DNA of 64,000 bases from an uncultured Gammaproteobacteria bacterium (GTDB lineage Bacteria; Patescibacteriota; Patescibacteriia; Patescibacteriales; Patescibacteriaceae): contig CAZJEP010000005.1 in NCBI GenBank assembly GCA_964545125.1, forward strand, positions 1,447 through 65,446. Direction: 5' to 3'. How positions within the stretch are numbered: position 1 is the first letter of the stretch; the number at the start of each line of letters is the position of its first letter. A program made the translations under genes and the position numbers. This document shows, in pieces, positions 7,622 through 16,030 of the stretch. Below the pieces are notes generated by a model. That model saw only the letters and a list, made by a program, of their open reading frames with translations. It was not told the DNA's origin and ran no database searches.

Positions 7622-9778
7622 TTATTCCAAATGAACATTGTTGTCATTCTCCCCTATTTTAGCTTTAAGTAATTTAAAGTCAGCCAAATCCGGGCTGATG
7701 TCCAGTATTTTTAAACTGGCGGCGCGAGCTTGATTCATGAGAGAAAAATCAAACAAACTGGCCAGCTTTAATTCAGGAAAACCTTTTTGTACCGTGCCAT
7801 AGACTTCGCCTGGTCCGCGAAACTTTAAGTCGGCCTTGGCCAAATCAAAACCATTATCAAATTTAAGCATGGCTTCCAGTCTTTCTTTGGCCTTGTCACT
7901 TGTTTCTTGGGCTAAAAGCAAACAAAAAGATTGTTTGGCGCTACGCCCTACTCGCCCGCGATACTGGTGAAGCGAGGCCAAACCAAAGCGATCAGCCGAC
8001 TCAATCATCATCACCGTGGCATTGGGCACATCAACTCCGACCTCCACAACAGCCGTGGCTACTAAAATATTTATTTTGTTATTTACAAAATCGCTCATCA
8101 CTTGTTCTTTGTCTTTGGTTTTTAGCTTGCCGTGAACCAAACCCAAACTCAAATCACTAAACACCTCGTTCTTTAATTTGTCATATTCAGCCTTGGCCGA
8201 TTTGGCGTCAGATAAATCCCCTTCTTCGATTAAAGGACAAACCACAAAAGCTTGGTGACCTTTAGCGACTTCCTGGCGAATTAAATCGTAAGCTTGCTCT
8301 CGTTCGGTTTCTTTAAAAATTTTGGTCATTACCGGCAGACGCCCCTCCGGCATCGTTTTGATTATGGACAAAGACAAGTCATCATACAAAGCTAAGGCCA
8401 AGGAACGCGGAATCGGAGTAGCTGTCATAGACAAAAGATGCGGAGCAAAATCAGCGCCTCCAGTCTTGTTAATTAAAGCCTGTCGTTGGTTAACCCCGAA
8501 ACGATGTTGCTCGTCAACCACTAGCAAAGCCAATTTTTTTCCACCCGAGGAAAATTCATCTTCGACAGAAAAGTTGACTGTTTCTTGAAGCAAAGAGTGA
8601 GTCCCGATGATTATATCGGCCTTAGCGACAATATCATTGGCGGTGATTTTTTTGACCTTAGTCGTCTTTGTTAAGTTGTTTTCATGATTTTTGCTTTGTG
8701 TTTCCTGGCTTGCCGATGGGCGGGTTAAATTTTGAATAAGCTTTTTTTCGGTTCGGGTTAACAACCCAAGAGAAATATCGCTCTTGGCCAATAATTTGGT
8801 TAAAGTATTAAAATGTTGTTTGGCTAAAATTTCTGTGGGCACCAACATGACCGACTGAAAACCATTGCCAACCACATTAAGCATAGCCAGGAGTGCTACT
8901 ATGGTTTTGCCACTGCCAACATCACCTTCCAAGAGTCGAGTCATGGGCAGAGGTTTACCCAAGTCCCGAATAATTTGCCAAGCTGATTTTTTTTGATCAA
9001 CGGTTAAAGCAAAGGGCAAATCAGCCACGAAGTCACGAGTTAATTTTTCTTGGAAGGTAATGGCCGGAGCGGTTAACCGTTTGAGTTGTCGCCGAATAGA
9101 TTGTGATCTCAGTTGCAAAAAAAACAATTCATCAAAAGCCAAACGTTTTTTGGCGTCGTCAATCTCGGCCCTATTTTTTGGAAAATGAATTTGACAAATA
9201 GCTGACGATAAATCAATCAAACCATAATCTTTTTTTATTGAAGGTGGCAAATAATCTGGTAAAGTTTTAGCTAAACCAATAACTTGACCAACCAAAAACC
9301 TTAATTGCTTTTGAGTGAGATTGGCGGTTAAATTATAATTAGGTACCAAGCCTTGGGTATGAATAACCGACGAACTAATTTTTTCATAAACCGGAGACAG
9401 CATTAAGGGCGAACCATATTCTTCCTCCACTTTGCCCGACATGGACACTTTATCCCCTACTTTTAAATTACGGACCAAAAACGGCTGGTTAAACCAAATC
9501 GCTCGCACTGTGCCACTATCATCCATAATTAAAGCCTCGGTGATGGCCAAACGACGACGCCAACTGCGCTTATTACTAATCATAGCAATTTCGCCAACAA
9601 TATTAACTCTGCTCATTGGTGCTAAATCGCCAATGGGAACAGTTTGACTAAAATCGTCATAACGAAACGGCCAATAAAACAACAAATCTTCCACTGTCAA
9701 AATACCCAAAGATTTAAGTTTGTTGACGGTGGCTAGGCCGACACGATTAATTTGAGTTATTGGCGTTTGGAGCTCCAT
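7622..9778 (-). CDS. recG: ATP-dependent DNA helicase RecG
   Basis: Wedge/OB N-terminus, GDVGSGKT (motif I), DEQHRFG (motif II) and QLRGRVGR-like YRGRVGRS. Confidence 0.9.
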   Translation of the reverse strand: MELQTPITQINRVGLATVNKLKSLGILTVEDLLFYWPFRYDDFSQTVPIGDLAPMSRVNIVGEIAMISNKRSWRRRLAITEALIMDDSGTVRAIWFNQPFLVRNLKVGDKVSMSGKVEEEYGSPLMLSPVYEKISSSVIHTQGLVPNYNLTANLTQKQLRFLVGQVIGLAKTLPDYLPPSIKKDYGLIDLSSAICQIHFPKNRAEIDDAKKRLAFDELFFLQLRSQSIRRQLKRLTAPAITFQEKLTRDFVADLPFALTVDQKKSAWQIIRDLGKPLPMTRLLEGDVGSGKTIVALLAMLNVVGNGFQSVMLVPTEILAKQHFNTLTKLLAKSDISLGLLTRTEKKLIQNLTRPSASQETQSKNHENNLTKTTKVKKITANDIVAKADIIIGTHSLLQETVNFSVEDEFSSGGKKLALLVVDEQHRFGVNQRQALINKTGGADFAPHLLSMTATPIPRSLALALYDDLSLSIIKTMPEGRLPVMTKIFKETEREQAYDLIRQEVAKGHQAFVVCPLIEEGDLSDAKSAKAEYDKLKNEVFSDLSLGLVHGKLKTKDKEQVMSDFVNNKINILVATAVVEVGVDVPNATVMMIESADRFGLASLHQYRGRVGRSAKQSFCLLLAQETSDKAKERLEAMLKFDNGFDLAKADLKFRGPGEVYGTVQKGFPELKLASLFDFSLMNQARAASLKILDISPDLADFKLLKAKIGENDNNVHLE

Positions 9779-9868
9779 GCTTATAATTTAGCTTATCCAA
9801 GAAACTTTGACAAACAAAAAGAGAGCTCTTGTCAAAAAAACAATCGCTCTCTTTTTTAAGACAAACTA

Positions 9869-10312
9869 TTATTTGTTTGTTTGGTGATGATCGCAAATAC
9901 CATCATTATTAGCATCAACAAAACCCGGTTTTTGACTTTGACCTCGGTGTCCGCCGCTCCTCATACCGCAACTGTCACTTTGACAACCCGCCTTGCCTCC
10001 ACCTAAACCTAGTTCTTGTCTAATTGCCCTAGCTTCGGCAACTTTGCCTGCTTGCTCCAATTTCCAGGCTTCAACAAATTTACTGAAATTTTGCTGATTA
10101 ATCATCTGAGAAACTCGACCGCGACCGGCCATCAACTCTTGCCAACCCGCATAATCACCTTTATTCATAACCTCAATCATTTTAGCTTGACGTTCAGAAT
10201 TGTAATTTGGCCCCTTTTTAGTGTTGTCGCCTTGATAGGCCCAAGCCGTGCCCACCAAACTTAAACCAACAACTAAACTAGCCAAACCCCCATAAAGAAA
10301 TTTTTTGTTCAT
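9869..10312 (-). CDS. secreted hypothetical protein with a Gly/Cys/His-rich C-terminus
   Basis: Signal peptide ending AWA, and a C-terminal GFVDANNDGICDHH motif. Confidence 0.5.
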   Translation of the reverse strand: MNKKFLYGGLASLVVGLSLVGTAWAYQGDNTKKGPNYNSERQAKMIEVMNKGDYAGWQELMAGRGRVSQMINQQNFSKFVEAWKLEQAGKVAEARAIRQELGLGGGKAGCQSDSCGMRSGGHRGQSQKPGFVDANNDGICDHHQTNK

Positions 10313-10403
10313 GGTTTTATTGTTAATTATTACTTAGCAAAATACTTGTCATTAACTAATACGCCTCAGTTGTTAATTATCTTTCACTTGCTTTATAGCA
10401 ACC

Positions 10404-10748
10404 CTATTTAATATGCAACAAGCACTCACAAGGTTTTTGTTTTAAAATAACTTTTTGTTCCTTGATGGTATTAATAAAAACCCGCTGACTACCAGAACCC
10501 GTGGCTAATTTTTTATCAAGCGGGGTGTAATGTTGGTATCCGCGACGAGCAAACTCTTTTACCAAATCTTCGTGGCGCAAATAAAGCGCTCTATTTTTAC
10601 CTAACCAACGCAAAGTTTCTGGGTGACGGGAATATCCACCTTTCCCCTGATGTTTAGTTAGAATATTCCAGAGTCCATGAAGTTCACGATGCTCAGCCAA
10701 CAAATGCTTCCGGCACAAATGTCTTGGATGTATATCCCAAACCCGCAT
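10404..10748 (-). CDS. pyrimidine dimer DNA glycosylase family protein (T4 endonuclease V-like)
   Basis: MRVWDIHPRHLCRKHLLAEHRELHGLW resembles the L..QHL.AEYREL N-terminal motif of the family. Confidence 0.6.
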   Translation of the reverse strand: MRVWDIHPRHLCRKHLLAEHRELHGLWNILTKHQGKGGYSRHPETLRWLGKNRALYLRHEDLVKEFARRGYQHYTPLDKKLATGSGSQRVFINTIKEQKVILKQKPCECLLHIK

Positions 10749-10752
10749 AAAC

Positions 10753-11148
10753 CTATCTGTTCAAATAAGTAATAGTCAACTGCAAGATAGTTGCAAACAT
10801 TACCCAAAGCAAATACGGAACCTGGATATAAGTAATCCAACGAGCGTGAGGATAAACAGCTACCATAGCCCAGATGAGCGTACCAAGGACAAGTAAAATA
10901 TCTATGGCCGCCAAAAAATTATTTTTAAGTCCGAATTGCAAAGGCGTAAAAGCGAAGTTAAAAATTAAATTTAGAACAAAGGGCAAGGCAACTATTAAGG
11001 CAGCTTCCTTTTTATAAGCCAACCAAAAGACCCGACTAAAGGAAACTGCGATCAAAACATAAAGAAAGCTCCAGACCGGCCCAAAAAGCCAGCTGGGTGG
11101 CGACCACGAAGGTTTGATTAATTGTGAATACCAATTGTAAGCTTGCAT
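10753..11148 (-). CDS. tspO: TspO/MBR tryptophan-rich sensory protein, short form
   Basis: LIKPSWSPPSWLFGPVWSFLYVLIA plus further TM helices. Confidence 0.75.
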   Translation of the reverse strand: MQAYNWYSQLIKPSWSPPSWLFGPVWSFLYVLIAVSFSRVFWLAYKKEAALIVALPFVLNLIFNFAFTPLQFGLKNNFLAAIDILLVLGTLIWAMVAVYPHARWITYIQVPYLLWVMFATILQLTITYLNR

Positions 11149-11152
11149 GTTT

Positions 11153-11386
11153 TTATATTAAATGCTTACTTATAAAAGCTCTGCCAGATCCTGACTTTAA
11201 ATATTTTTCAAACAAAAAAGCTTTATACTTATCATTAATTGCAAAATAAAAATCCAGTTGGACGGGCAGGCCTTTTGTCGTTGCCGGAACATATCCTTTT
11301 TGATGCCTGGCAAGTCTTTCTTTAAGGTTGTCAGTGCAACCAACATAAAAGCCATCTTTACATTTTAAGCTATACACATAATACAT
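11153..11386 (-). CDS. GIY-YIG nuclease domain protein
   Basis: MYYVYSLKCKDGFYVGCTDNLKERLARHQKG. Start trimmed from a GTG in the track to the ATG at 11386. Confidence 0.75.
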   Translation of the reverse strand: MYYVYSLKCKDGFYVGCTDNLKERLARHQKGYVPATTKGLPVQLDFYFAINDKYKAFLFEKYLKSGSGRAFISKHLI

Positions 11387-11404
11387 AGCTTTAAAGGCGG
11401 ACTG

Positions 11405-11490
11405 CGTCACGCCGAAGCTAAGGCGAAGCCCACCTGCGCCCTAAAGGGCTTCGGCGTGGCGAAGGCGGAGAGGGTGGGACTTAGTTGGAA
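11405..11490. repeat. GC-rich structured element with an 11-bp inverted repeat
   Basis: cacgccgaagc (11408-11418) pairs with gcttcggcgtg (11448-11458). Alternative internal pairings exist (gaagccc/gggcttc). The GC content is far above the surrounding DNA. Confidence 0.5.
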
Positions 11491-11500
11491 CGGTTTTATC

Positions 11501-11773
11501 TTAAAAAAGTTTGGAGTGAGAACCGATTCTTAATAATATAATAATCACCTCTGCTTTTTTTATTTCATAAACCAGCAAGACATCAGACTTTAAGTGGCAT
11601 TCAAAAAAATTATTAAAATCTCCAATTAGACGATGGTTGTTATATTTTGCATGTAAAGCCTTTCCCGAAGCTAAAATATTCAAAACTTTTTCCAACTCAA
11701 TTATCACCTCGTTGTCATGTCGGTAATATTTTAAATCTTTTTTGAACCGCTTTGAATATTTTAAAATATACAT
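11501..11773 (-). CDS. yafQ: type II toxin, YafQ/RelE family mRNA interferase
   Basis: C-terminus ECHLKSDVLLVYEIKKAEVIIILLRIGSHSKLF matches the YafQ family ending (..GSHS.LF). It lies 3 nt downstream of the antitoxin gene. Confidence 0.8.
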   Translation of the reverse strand: MYILKYSKRFKKDLKYYRHDNEVIIELEKVLNILASGKALHAKYNNHRLIGDFNNFFECHLKSDVLLVYEIKKAEVIIILLRIGSHSKLF

Positions 11774-11776
11774 AAA

Positions 11777-12061
11777 TTAAACCCTTAGAGCATCTTTTAT
11801 CAGAGAGGCTCCATCACGAAAAGACTTCTTACTCCCCATCCCTTCCAAAGAGGCTTCGCGCAAAATAGTGGCATTGGCCAAAGTCATACCATTTTCATCT
11901 CTTAGCTCGCAAGGAAAATTTTTAGCATTGATAGCTTGGCGAAAAAATAATTTAACTGCTGAACTCATATCTAAACCCAAACTATCAAACACCTTCTTGG
12001 CCTCATTCTTGGTTTTGGCGTCAATGCGAATTTGAATTTGTTCGTTATTTTTTGTATTCAT
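11777..12061 (-). CDS. dinJ: type II antitoxin, DinJ/RelB family
   Basis: IQIRIDAKTKNEAKKVFDSLGLDMSSAVKLFFRQAI ribbon-helix-helix signature. Confidence 0.8.
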   Translation of the reverse strand: MNTKNNEQIQIRIDAKTKNEAKKVFDSLGLDMSSAVKLFFRQAINAKNFPCELRDENGMTLANATILREASLEGMGSKKSFRDGASLIKDALRV

Positions 12062-12134
12062 ATTTTCTTAGTTATTTTAATATAAACACATTGTATGGCA
12101 ATTTAAATAAATTGTCAATACATACTTTTTTGTG

Positions 12135-12221
12135 CGGAGAGGGAGGGATTCGAACCCTCGAACAGCTTTCACTGTTAACACCTTAGCAGGGTGCCCCATT
12201 CGACCACTCTGGCACCTCTCC
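12135..12221 (-). tRNA. tRNA-Ser(GCU), long variable arm
   Basis: Hand-folded, 87 nt. Acceptor GGAGAGG/CCTCTCC, anticodon loop CTGCTAA. Confidence 0.9.
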
Positions 12222-12334
12222 TTTTTGTATGGCGGATAATAAAAATCAAAAGGCTTCTTTTAAAAATTAAACCTTTATGATATAATAAAATATATAAGAA
12301 AATAGAACAATTGTCAATCCAATTGTTGCTTTAT

Positions 12335-12853
12335 ATGGCAAAAAGAGAAAGCCAAGAAATTAAATACGACGAAATAATTAGTTGGACCATTCCCGAATAC
12401 GAGAAACATGATCGTAGTTTTCGTTGGTACGTGATAACGGGAATAATTATGGCTATTTTGGCTGGGTTTTCCCTGTTTACTCCAAACTGGCTTTTTGACA
12501 CGCCAAACTATTTATTTTTGATAATCATTCTTTTATCTGGCGTAACCATGATTTTGTTGAACGCCATGGCAGGAAATATTGAATTTGTGATAACAACCGA
12601 AGGTTTTATTATTGGTGATCGTTTTTATGATTTTGACAATTTTAAAAATTTTTGCGTTTTATACAAACCTAGAGAGAATCTAAAAGTTCTGTATTTGGAA
12701 TTTAGGGGTATCTTTAGGCCTCGTTTAACTGTTCCCTTGCAAGACGTCAACCCCCTTGAGGTTCGTGACATTTTGTTGGATTATTTAACGGAAGACCTAG
12801 AGAGAACCGACGAATCCAATATGGATTTTTTGTCTCGCATTTTTAAGATTTAA
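12335..12853 (+). CDS. hypothetical membrane protein
   Basis: ORF with two central TM helices. Start trimmed from a TTG in the track to the ATG at 12335. Confidence 0.5.
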   Translation: MAKRESQEIKYDEIISWTIPEYEKHDRSFRWYVITGIIMAILAGFSLFTPNWLFDTPNYLFLIIILLSGVTMILLNAMAGNIEFVITTEGFIIGDRFYDFDNFKNFCVLYKPRENLKVLYLEFRGIFRPRLTVPLQDVNPLEVRDILLDYLTEDLERTDESNMDFLSRIFKI

Positions 12854-12914
12854 AATTTGGGCTCAGCCATGATTTTTTGCGCCTTGACTTTAATAGAAAA
12901 ATATTTTATAGTAG

Positions 12915-12937
12915 AAAAATCCCGCAAGGGATTTTTT
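12915..12937 (+). terminator. intrinsic terminator
   Basis: aaaaatccc-gcaa-gggattttt plus a T-run. Confidence 0.6.
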
Positions 12938-12941
12938 AAAA

Positions 12942-12993
12942 GCGCTCGTCGTTTCAGCCAAAGGCTGACCAGCCTCTGGCTAGCAACGGATAG
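12942..12993 (+). pseudogene. tRNA-Arg 5' fragment (first 21-22 nt) interrupted in the D-loop by a 30-nt double-hairpin element
   Basis: gcgctcgtcgtt + [30 nt] + caacgga, compared with gcactcgtcgttcaacgga at 13041-13059. No anticodon or T arm follows. Confidence 0.4.
12954..12984. repeat. GC-rich double-hairpin mini-element, copy 1
   Basis: tcagcc-aaa-ggctga then ccagcc-tct-ggctag. It shares 24 of 31 positions with 37206-37236 inside leuS. Confidence 0.7.
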
Positions 12994-13040
12994 TTTGGAA
13001 ATTTATTGGTGATTATTAAATTGATAATTTAAACAAATAC

Positions 13041-13112
13041 GCACTCGTCGTTCAACGGACAGGACATCAGCTTGCGGAGCTGGTAATATAGGTTCGATTC
13101 CTATCGAGTGCA
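13041..13112 (+). tRNA. tRNA-Arg(GCG)
   Basis: Hand-folded, 72 nt. Acceptor GCACTCG/CGAGTGC, D stem GTTC/GGAC, anticodon stem TCAGC/GCTGG, loop TTGCGGA, T arm ATAGG-TTCGATT-CCTAT. Confidence 0.8.
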
Positions 13113-13155
13113 CAAATAAAAAAAACAGCTCAGGCTAATTTTTTAATCGAAAACA

Positions 13156-13242
13156 GGAGAGATGGCAGAGTGGTCTAATGCGACAGTCTTGAAAACTGTT
13201 GTTGGTGAGAGCCAACCCTGGGTTCGAATCCCAGTCTCTCCG
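13156..13242 (+). tRNA. tRNA-Ser(UGA), long variable arm
   Basis: Hand-folded, 87 nt. Acceptor GGAGAGA/TCTCTCC, anticodon loop CTTGAAA. Confidence 0.9.
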
Positions 13243-13255
13243 CATATAAAAATAT

Positions 13256-13702
13256 ATGAAAAAAATTACGCTTCATAAACAGTGGCTGATTAAAGCGCCT
13301 GTCGAAGACGTCTTTGAGATAATAACAGATTTCGAGAAATTTCCGGAGCATTTCCCAAAGGTTGCCAAAGCAATCCGGGTAAAAAAACGCCAAGGAAATT
13401 ATCTGGAAATAGAGGCTATTGTCGGGTCGTTCGGTAAAAATTTTCCGGTGCAAATGAAAACACAAATCCTCCCAGGAAAAGGATTTATTTCGGACAACGA
13501 AAGCCCTAACTTTGGAACCTCTGGACACGAAGAGTTGTTGCTTTCCAAATCAAGTCAGGGAACCCTGATCGATTATACTTATCAGGTTTCAATTCATAAG
13601 GCTTGGCTAGGTGTAGTGGCCACACCGCTTATCCGCTGGTATTCCATGAAATACTGGGAAAAGGCGGTTATAAACAAATTAAGAAAGATGCTCGAAAAGT
13701 AG
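13256..13702 (+). CDS. SRPBCC (START/cyclase-dehydrase-like) family protein
   Basis: LIKAPVEDVFEIITDFEKFPEHFPKV N-terminal signature, size about 148 aa. Confidence 0.7.
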   Translation: MKKITLHKQWLIKAPVEDVFEIITDFEKFPEHFPKVAKAIRVKKRQGNYLEIEAIVGSFGKNFPVQMKTQILPGKGFISDNESPNFGTSGHEELLLSKSSQGTLIDYTYQVSIHKAWLGVVATPLIRWYSMKYWEKAVINKLRKMLEK

Positions 13703-13752
13703 CAACACAACATTAAATTTTAAAAAATTAACCAAACCAAGATAAAGCTAAT

Positions 13753-13778
13753 AAAAATCGCCCCAAAAGCGATTTTTT
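13753..13778 (+). terminator. intrinsic terminator, followed by a TATAAT box at 13781-13786
   Basis: aaaaatcgc-cccaaaa-gcgattttt plus a T-run. Confidence 0.6.
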
Positions 13779-13880
13779 GATATAATGATATTAAATTACG
13801 AATACTCCTTATGGGAAACAAAGCGGCTCCAAAAAAAACAACCAAAAAATATATCTACAAATAATAACCTCCCTAAATAT

Positions 13881-14045
13881 ATGAACAAATATATTAAGAT
13901 AATATTTTCTATTCTGGCGGTATTATTCGGATTATTTTTAATCATATTCGGCGGATATGATGACAGCCCCGGAGCTCAAGGACTTGGCCTTATATTAATA
14001 ATTGCTACCGTCATTATTATGATAAGAAATAAGAATAAAAAATAA
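13881..14045 (+). CDS. small two-TM membrane protein
   Basis: MNKYIKIIFSILAVLFGLFLIIFGG...LGLILIIATVIIMI. The track's start at 13785 overlaps the -10 box, so I trimmed it. Confidence 0.4.
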   Translation: MNKYIKIIFSILAVLFGLFLIIFGGYDDSPGAQGLGLILIIATVIIMIRNKNKK

Positions 14046-14051
14046 TCCACT

Positions 14052-14627
14052 ATGAATTTTAAAATCTTATTCAAAAACAAAGCAATAATAATTGCCATTA
14101 TAAGTTTTACCTTGGGGGCATTAATCTATAATTATTCCATGGTTTTTTTCCAAGAAGACAATCCTTGGCCACAAATAAAAGGGATAATCCAGTTAAATTT
14201 TGGTAATAAAGATCTTGTAAAACTTGACGATGGAGGAAATAAGTATATTACAAAAAGTGACAATCCGGAGATAATTAAGTCTTTCATGAAAAACAGAAAT
14301 TACGATTTTACGGAACAGATGGGATCGAATTATCTTTTTAAATCAGATGTCGGAGCAAGCGCCGTTGCTACTCATAGATATTACAGTCGATATTATTCTT
14401 TATGGAGTATTGCTGAAAATTTAATTACCAAAGACACTTCATTGGCTGACGAATTAAAAAAATGTCTGCCTAAAAGCGACATAGCAAGTCATCAAAGATG
14501 CAGCGAGTTGCTGGCCATGATTAAAAATTTTGCTGATTGTGTTAATGCCGGTTTTTCTGTTATAAAATCCGATCCTCCACAATGTGTTACGCTAGATGGC
14601 CGAAACTTTACGGATAAAACCAATTAG
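14052..14627 (+). CDS. hypothetical membrane-anchored protein
   Basis: N-terminal TM helix. No family motif recognised. Confidence 0.45.
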   Translation: MNFKILFKNKAIIIAIISFTLGALIYNYSMVFFQEDNPWPQIKGIIQLNFGNKDLVKLDDGGNKYITKSDNPEIIKSFMKNRNYDFTEQMGSNYLFKSDVGASAVATHRYYSRYYSLWSIAENLITKDTSLADELKKCLPKSDIASHQRCSELLAMIKNFADCVNAGFSVIKSDPPQCVTLDGRNFTDKTN

Positions 14628-14655
14628 GCTAATTAAAGTATTTTTTAGTCTCTCT

Positions 14656-15399
14656 TTATCCATGAGCAATAGTTAGGGCGTAGATTTTACTGGCGCCGGC
14701 CACTTTAAGGGCTCGGGCGCATTCGTTCAAGGTGGCGCCGGTGGTAGCCACATCATCAATTAATAAGACGGCTTGACCTGTTAGACTCTCCCCTTGCCAA
14801 ACAAAAGCTTTGAGTAAATTATAACGTCTGGCTTGAGCCGACAATTCGGCTTGTGGCTTAGTGTGTTTAACCCTAACCAAACTTTTTGGTTCAAAATGCC
14901 AATCGAGCTTATTGGCAATAATTTTAGCCAGCAACTCGGCTTGATTAAAACCGCGCCAACGATAACGACGACGGCTCAAAGGAACAGCTACCACCACTAA
15001 TTTTTTCTGTCTAGCCCAATAATTTAATAATTTTAAAATTCTCTGGTTGTCGGTGGCGCGCAAAAAATCCACTAATAAGCCGGCCAAAATCTCGCCAGCT
15101 TCTCGCGAAAAATTATATTTGCACAATTTAATTAGCTGTTTAATAGCTTCGTCGCGATAACTAAAGGCGGAAAAAAAATTATCAATAAATAAATTATGGC
15201 CAGGACAAACCTGACCATTTTTATCGGCTCCGCAAATCAAACAAGTTTGCGCTGGTAGCCAATTTAAGCGACTTCGACATTTATCACACAACCATCCCCC
15301 CTCTCTCGAGCAAACCACACACTCACGGGGAAAGAGGAAATCAATTAAAAACAAAACAAGCCGATTGGCTTGTTTTAAAATTTTCTTAATAATAACCAT
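14656..15399 (-). CDS. comFC: ComF family protein (ComFC-type phosphoribosyltransferase with an N-terminal Cys zinc finger)
   Basis: CVVC...CDKC and CLIC Cys pairs, plus a C-terminal PRTase motif VLLIDDVATTGATL. The track starts at a TTG at 15444, and I prefer the ATG at 15399. Confidence 0.8.
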   Translation of the reverse strand: MVIIKKILKQANRLVLFLIDFLFPRECVVCSREGGWLCDKCRSRLNWLPAQTCLICGADKNGQVCPGHNLFIDNFFSAFSYRDEAIKQLIKLCKYNFSREAGEILAGLLVDFLRATDNQRILKLLNYWARQKKLVVVAVPLSRRRYRWRGFNQAELLAKIIANKLDWHFEPKSLVRVKHTKPQAELSAQARRYNLLKAFVWQGESLTGQAVLLIDDVATTGATLNECARALKVAGASKIYALTIAHG

Positions 15400-15421
15400 A
15401 ACCAAAAAATAACAGAGGTGC

Positions 15422-16030
15422 CTACTGCCAAACGATACTATCAACTTGCCAACGTTTACCGGCTTTTACCATCTCCACCTTAATTTCCGGATTGCTAATT
15501 TTAGGCGCCGCATCCCCCGTTTGATCAGTGCGTCTAGCGCCAACCATAACTGTAGCCGTGCCGGATGCCTTATCTAAAGATAAAATTTTAACCGAAACTA
15601 CTTGGGTGCGAACACTGTGAGGAATTTTATAATCAGTTTGACTGCCAAGAATCTTGTCAATTTGGTTGTCAACCCAAGTCTGCATTTTGGCGGTAATAAA
15701 TAATTTCAAATCAGAAAATTGCTCCGCGCCTTCCTGGTTGGAATAAGTGCCGAAGCGTTGTACAAAAATTTTAGCCACTTGGCCGGCGTCTTGTTGAACT
15801 ATTTCGTCGGTAGTAGAGGGTTGAATCTGGTTAGGCGTGTTGGTAGAGGTTTCTTTTGTCTGGGGAGTGTTGGTAATTAAGGTCGCTGTCGGAATTTTAA
15901 CCACCGGCTCTACATTTTGGGAATCATTACTTTTATTAAAATTATAAAATATTAAATAATAAACCAATAAACCAACGGCTAAAGCGCAAACAACGATCAA
16001 AGATAATAAGGCTAAGTTTCTTTTATTCAT
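15422..16030 (-). CDS. bitopic membrane protein, possibly a VirB8/PrgL-like T4SS component
   Basis: One N-terminal TM helix, a Thr/Gln-rich linker, then an alpha+beta-looking domain of about 130 aa. It lies immediately downstream of the VirB4 gene. The function is inferred from topology and context only. Confidence 0.35.
   Translation of the reverse strand: MNKRNLALLSLIVVCALAVGLLVYYLIFYNFNKSNDSQNVEPVVKIPTATLITNTPQTKETSTNTPNQIQPSTTDEIVQQDAGQVAKIFVQRFGTYSNQEGAEQFSDLKLFITAKMQTWVDNQIDKILGSQTDYKIPHSVRTQVVSVKILSLDKASGTATVMVGARRTDQTGDAAPKISNPEIKVEMVKAGKRWQVDSIVWQ

Noticed and set aside
9817-9855. Possible terminator aaaagagagc...gctctctttt downstream of the 9869-10312 gene
   Set aside because: The 19-nt loop is large for an intrinsic terminator and the region also carries -35-like TTGACA words for recG. 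It is too ambiguous to annotate.
13175-13528. 117-aa minus-strand ORF in the supplied track
   Set aside because: It overlaps tRNA-Ser(UGA) (13156-13242) and runs antisense to the well-supported SRPBCC gene. Its peptide also looks non-protein-like.
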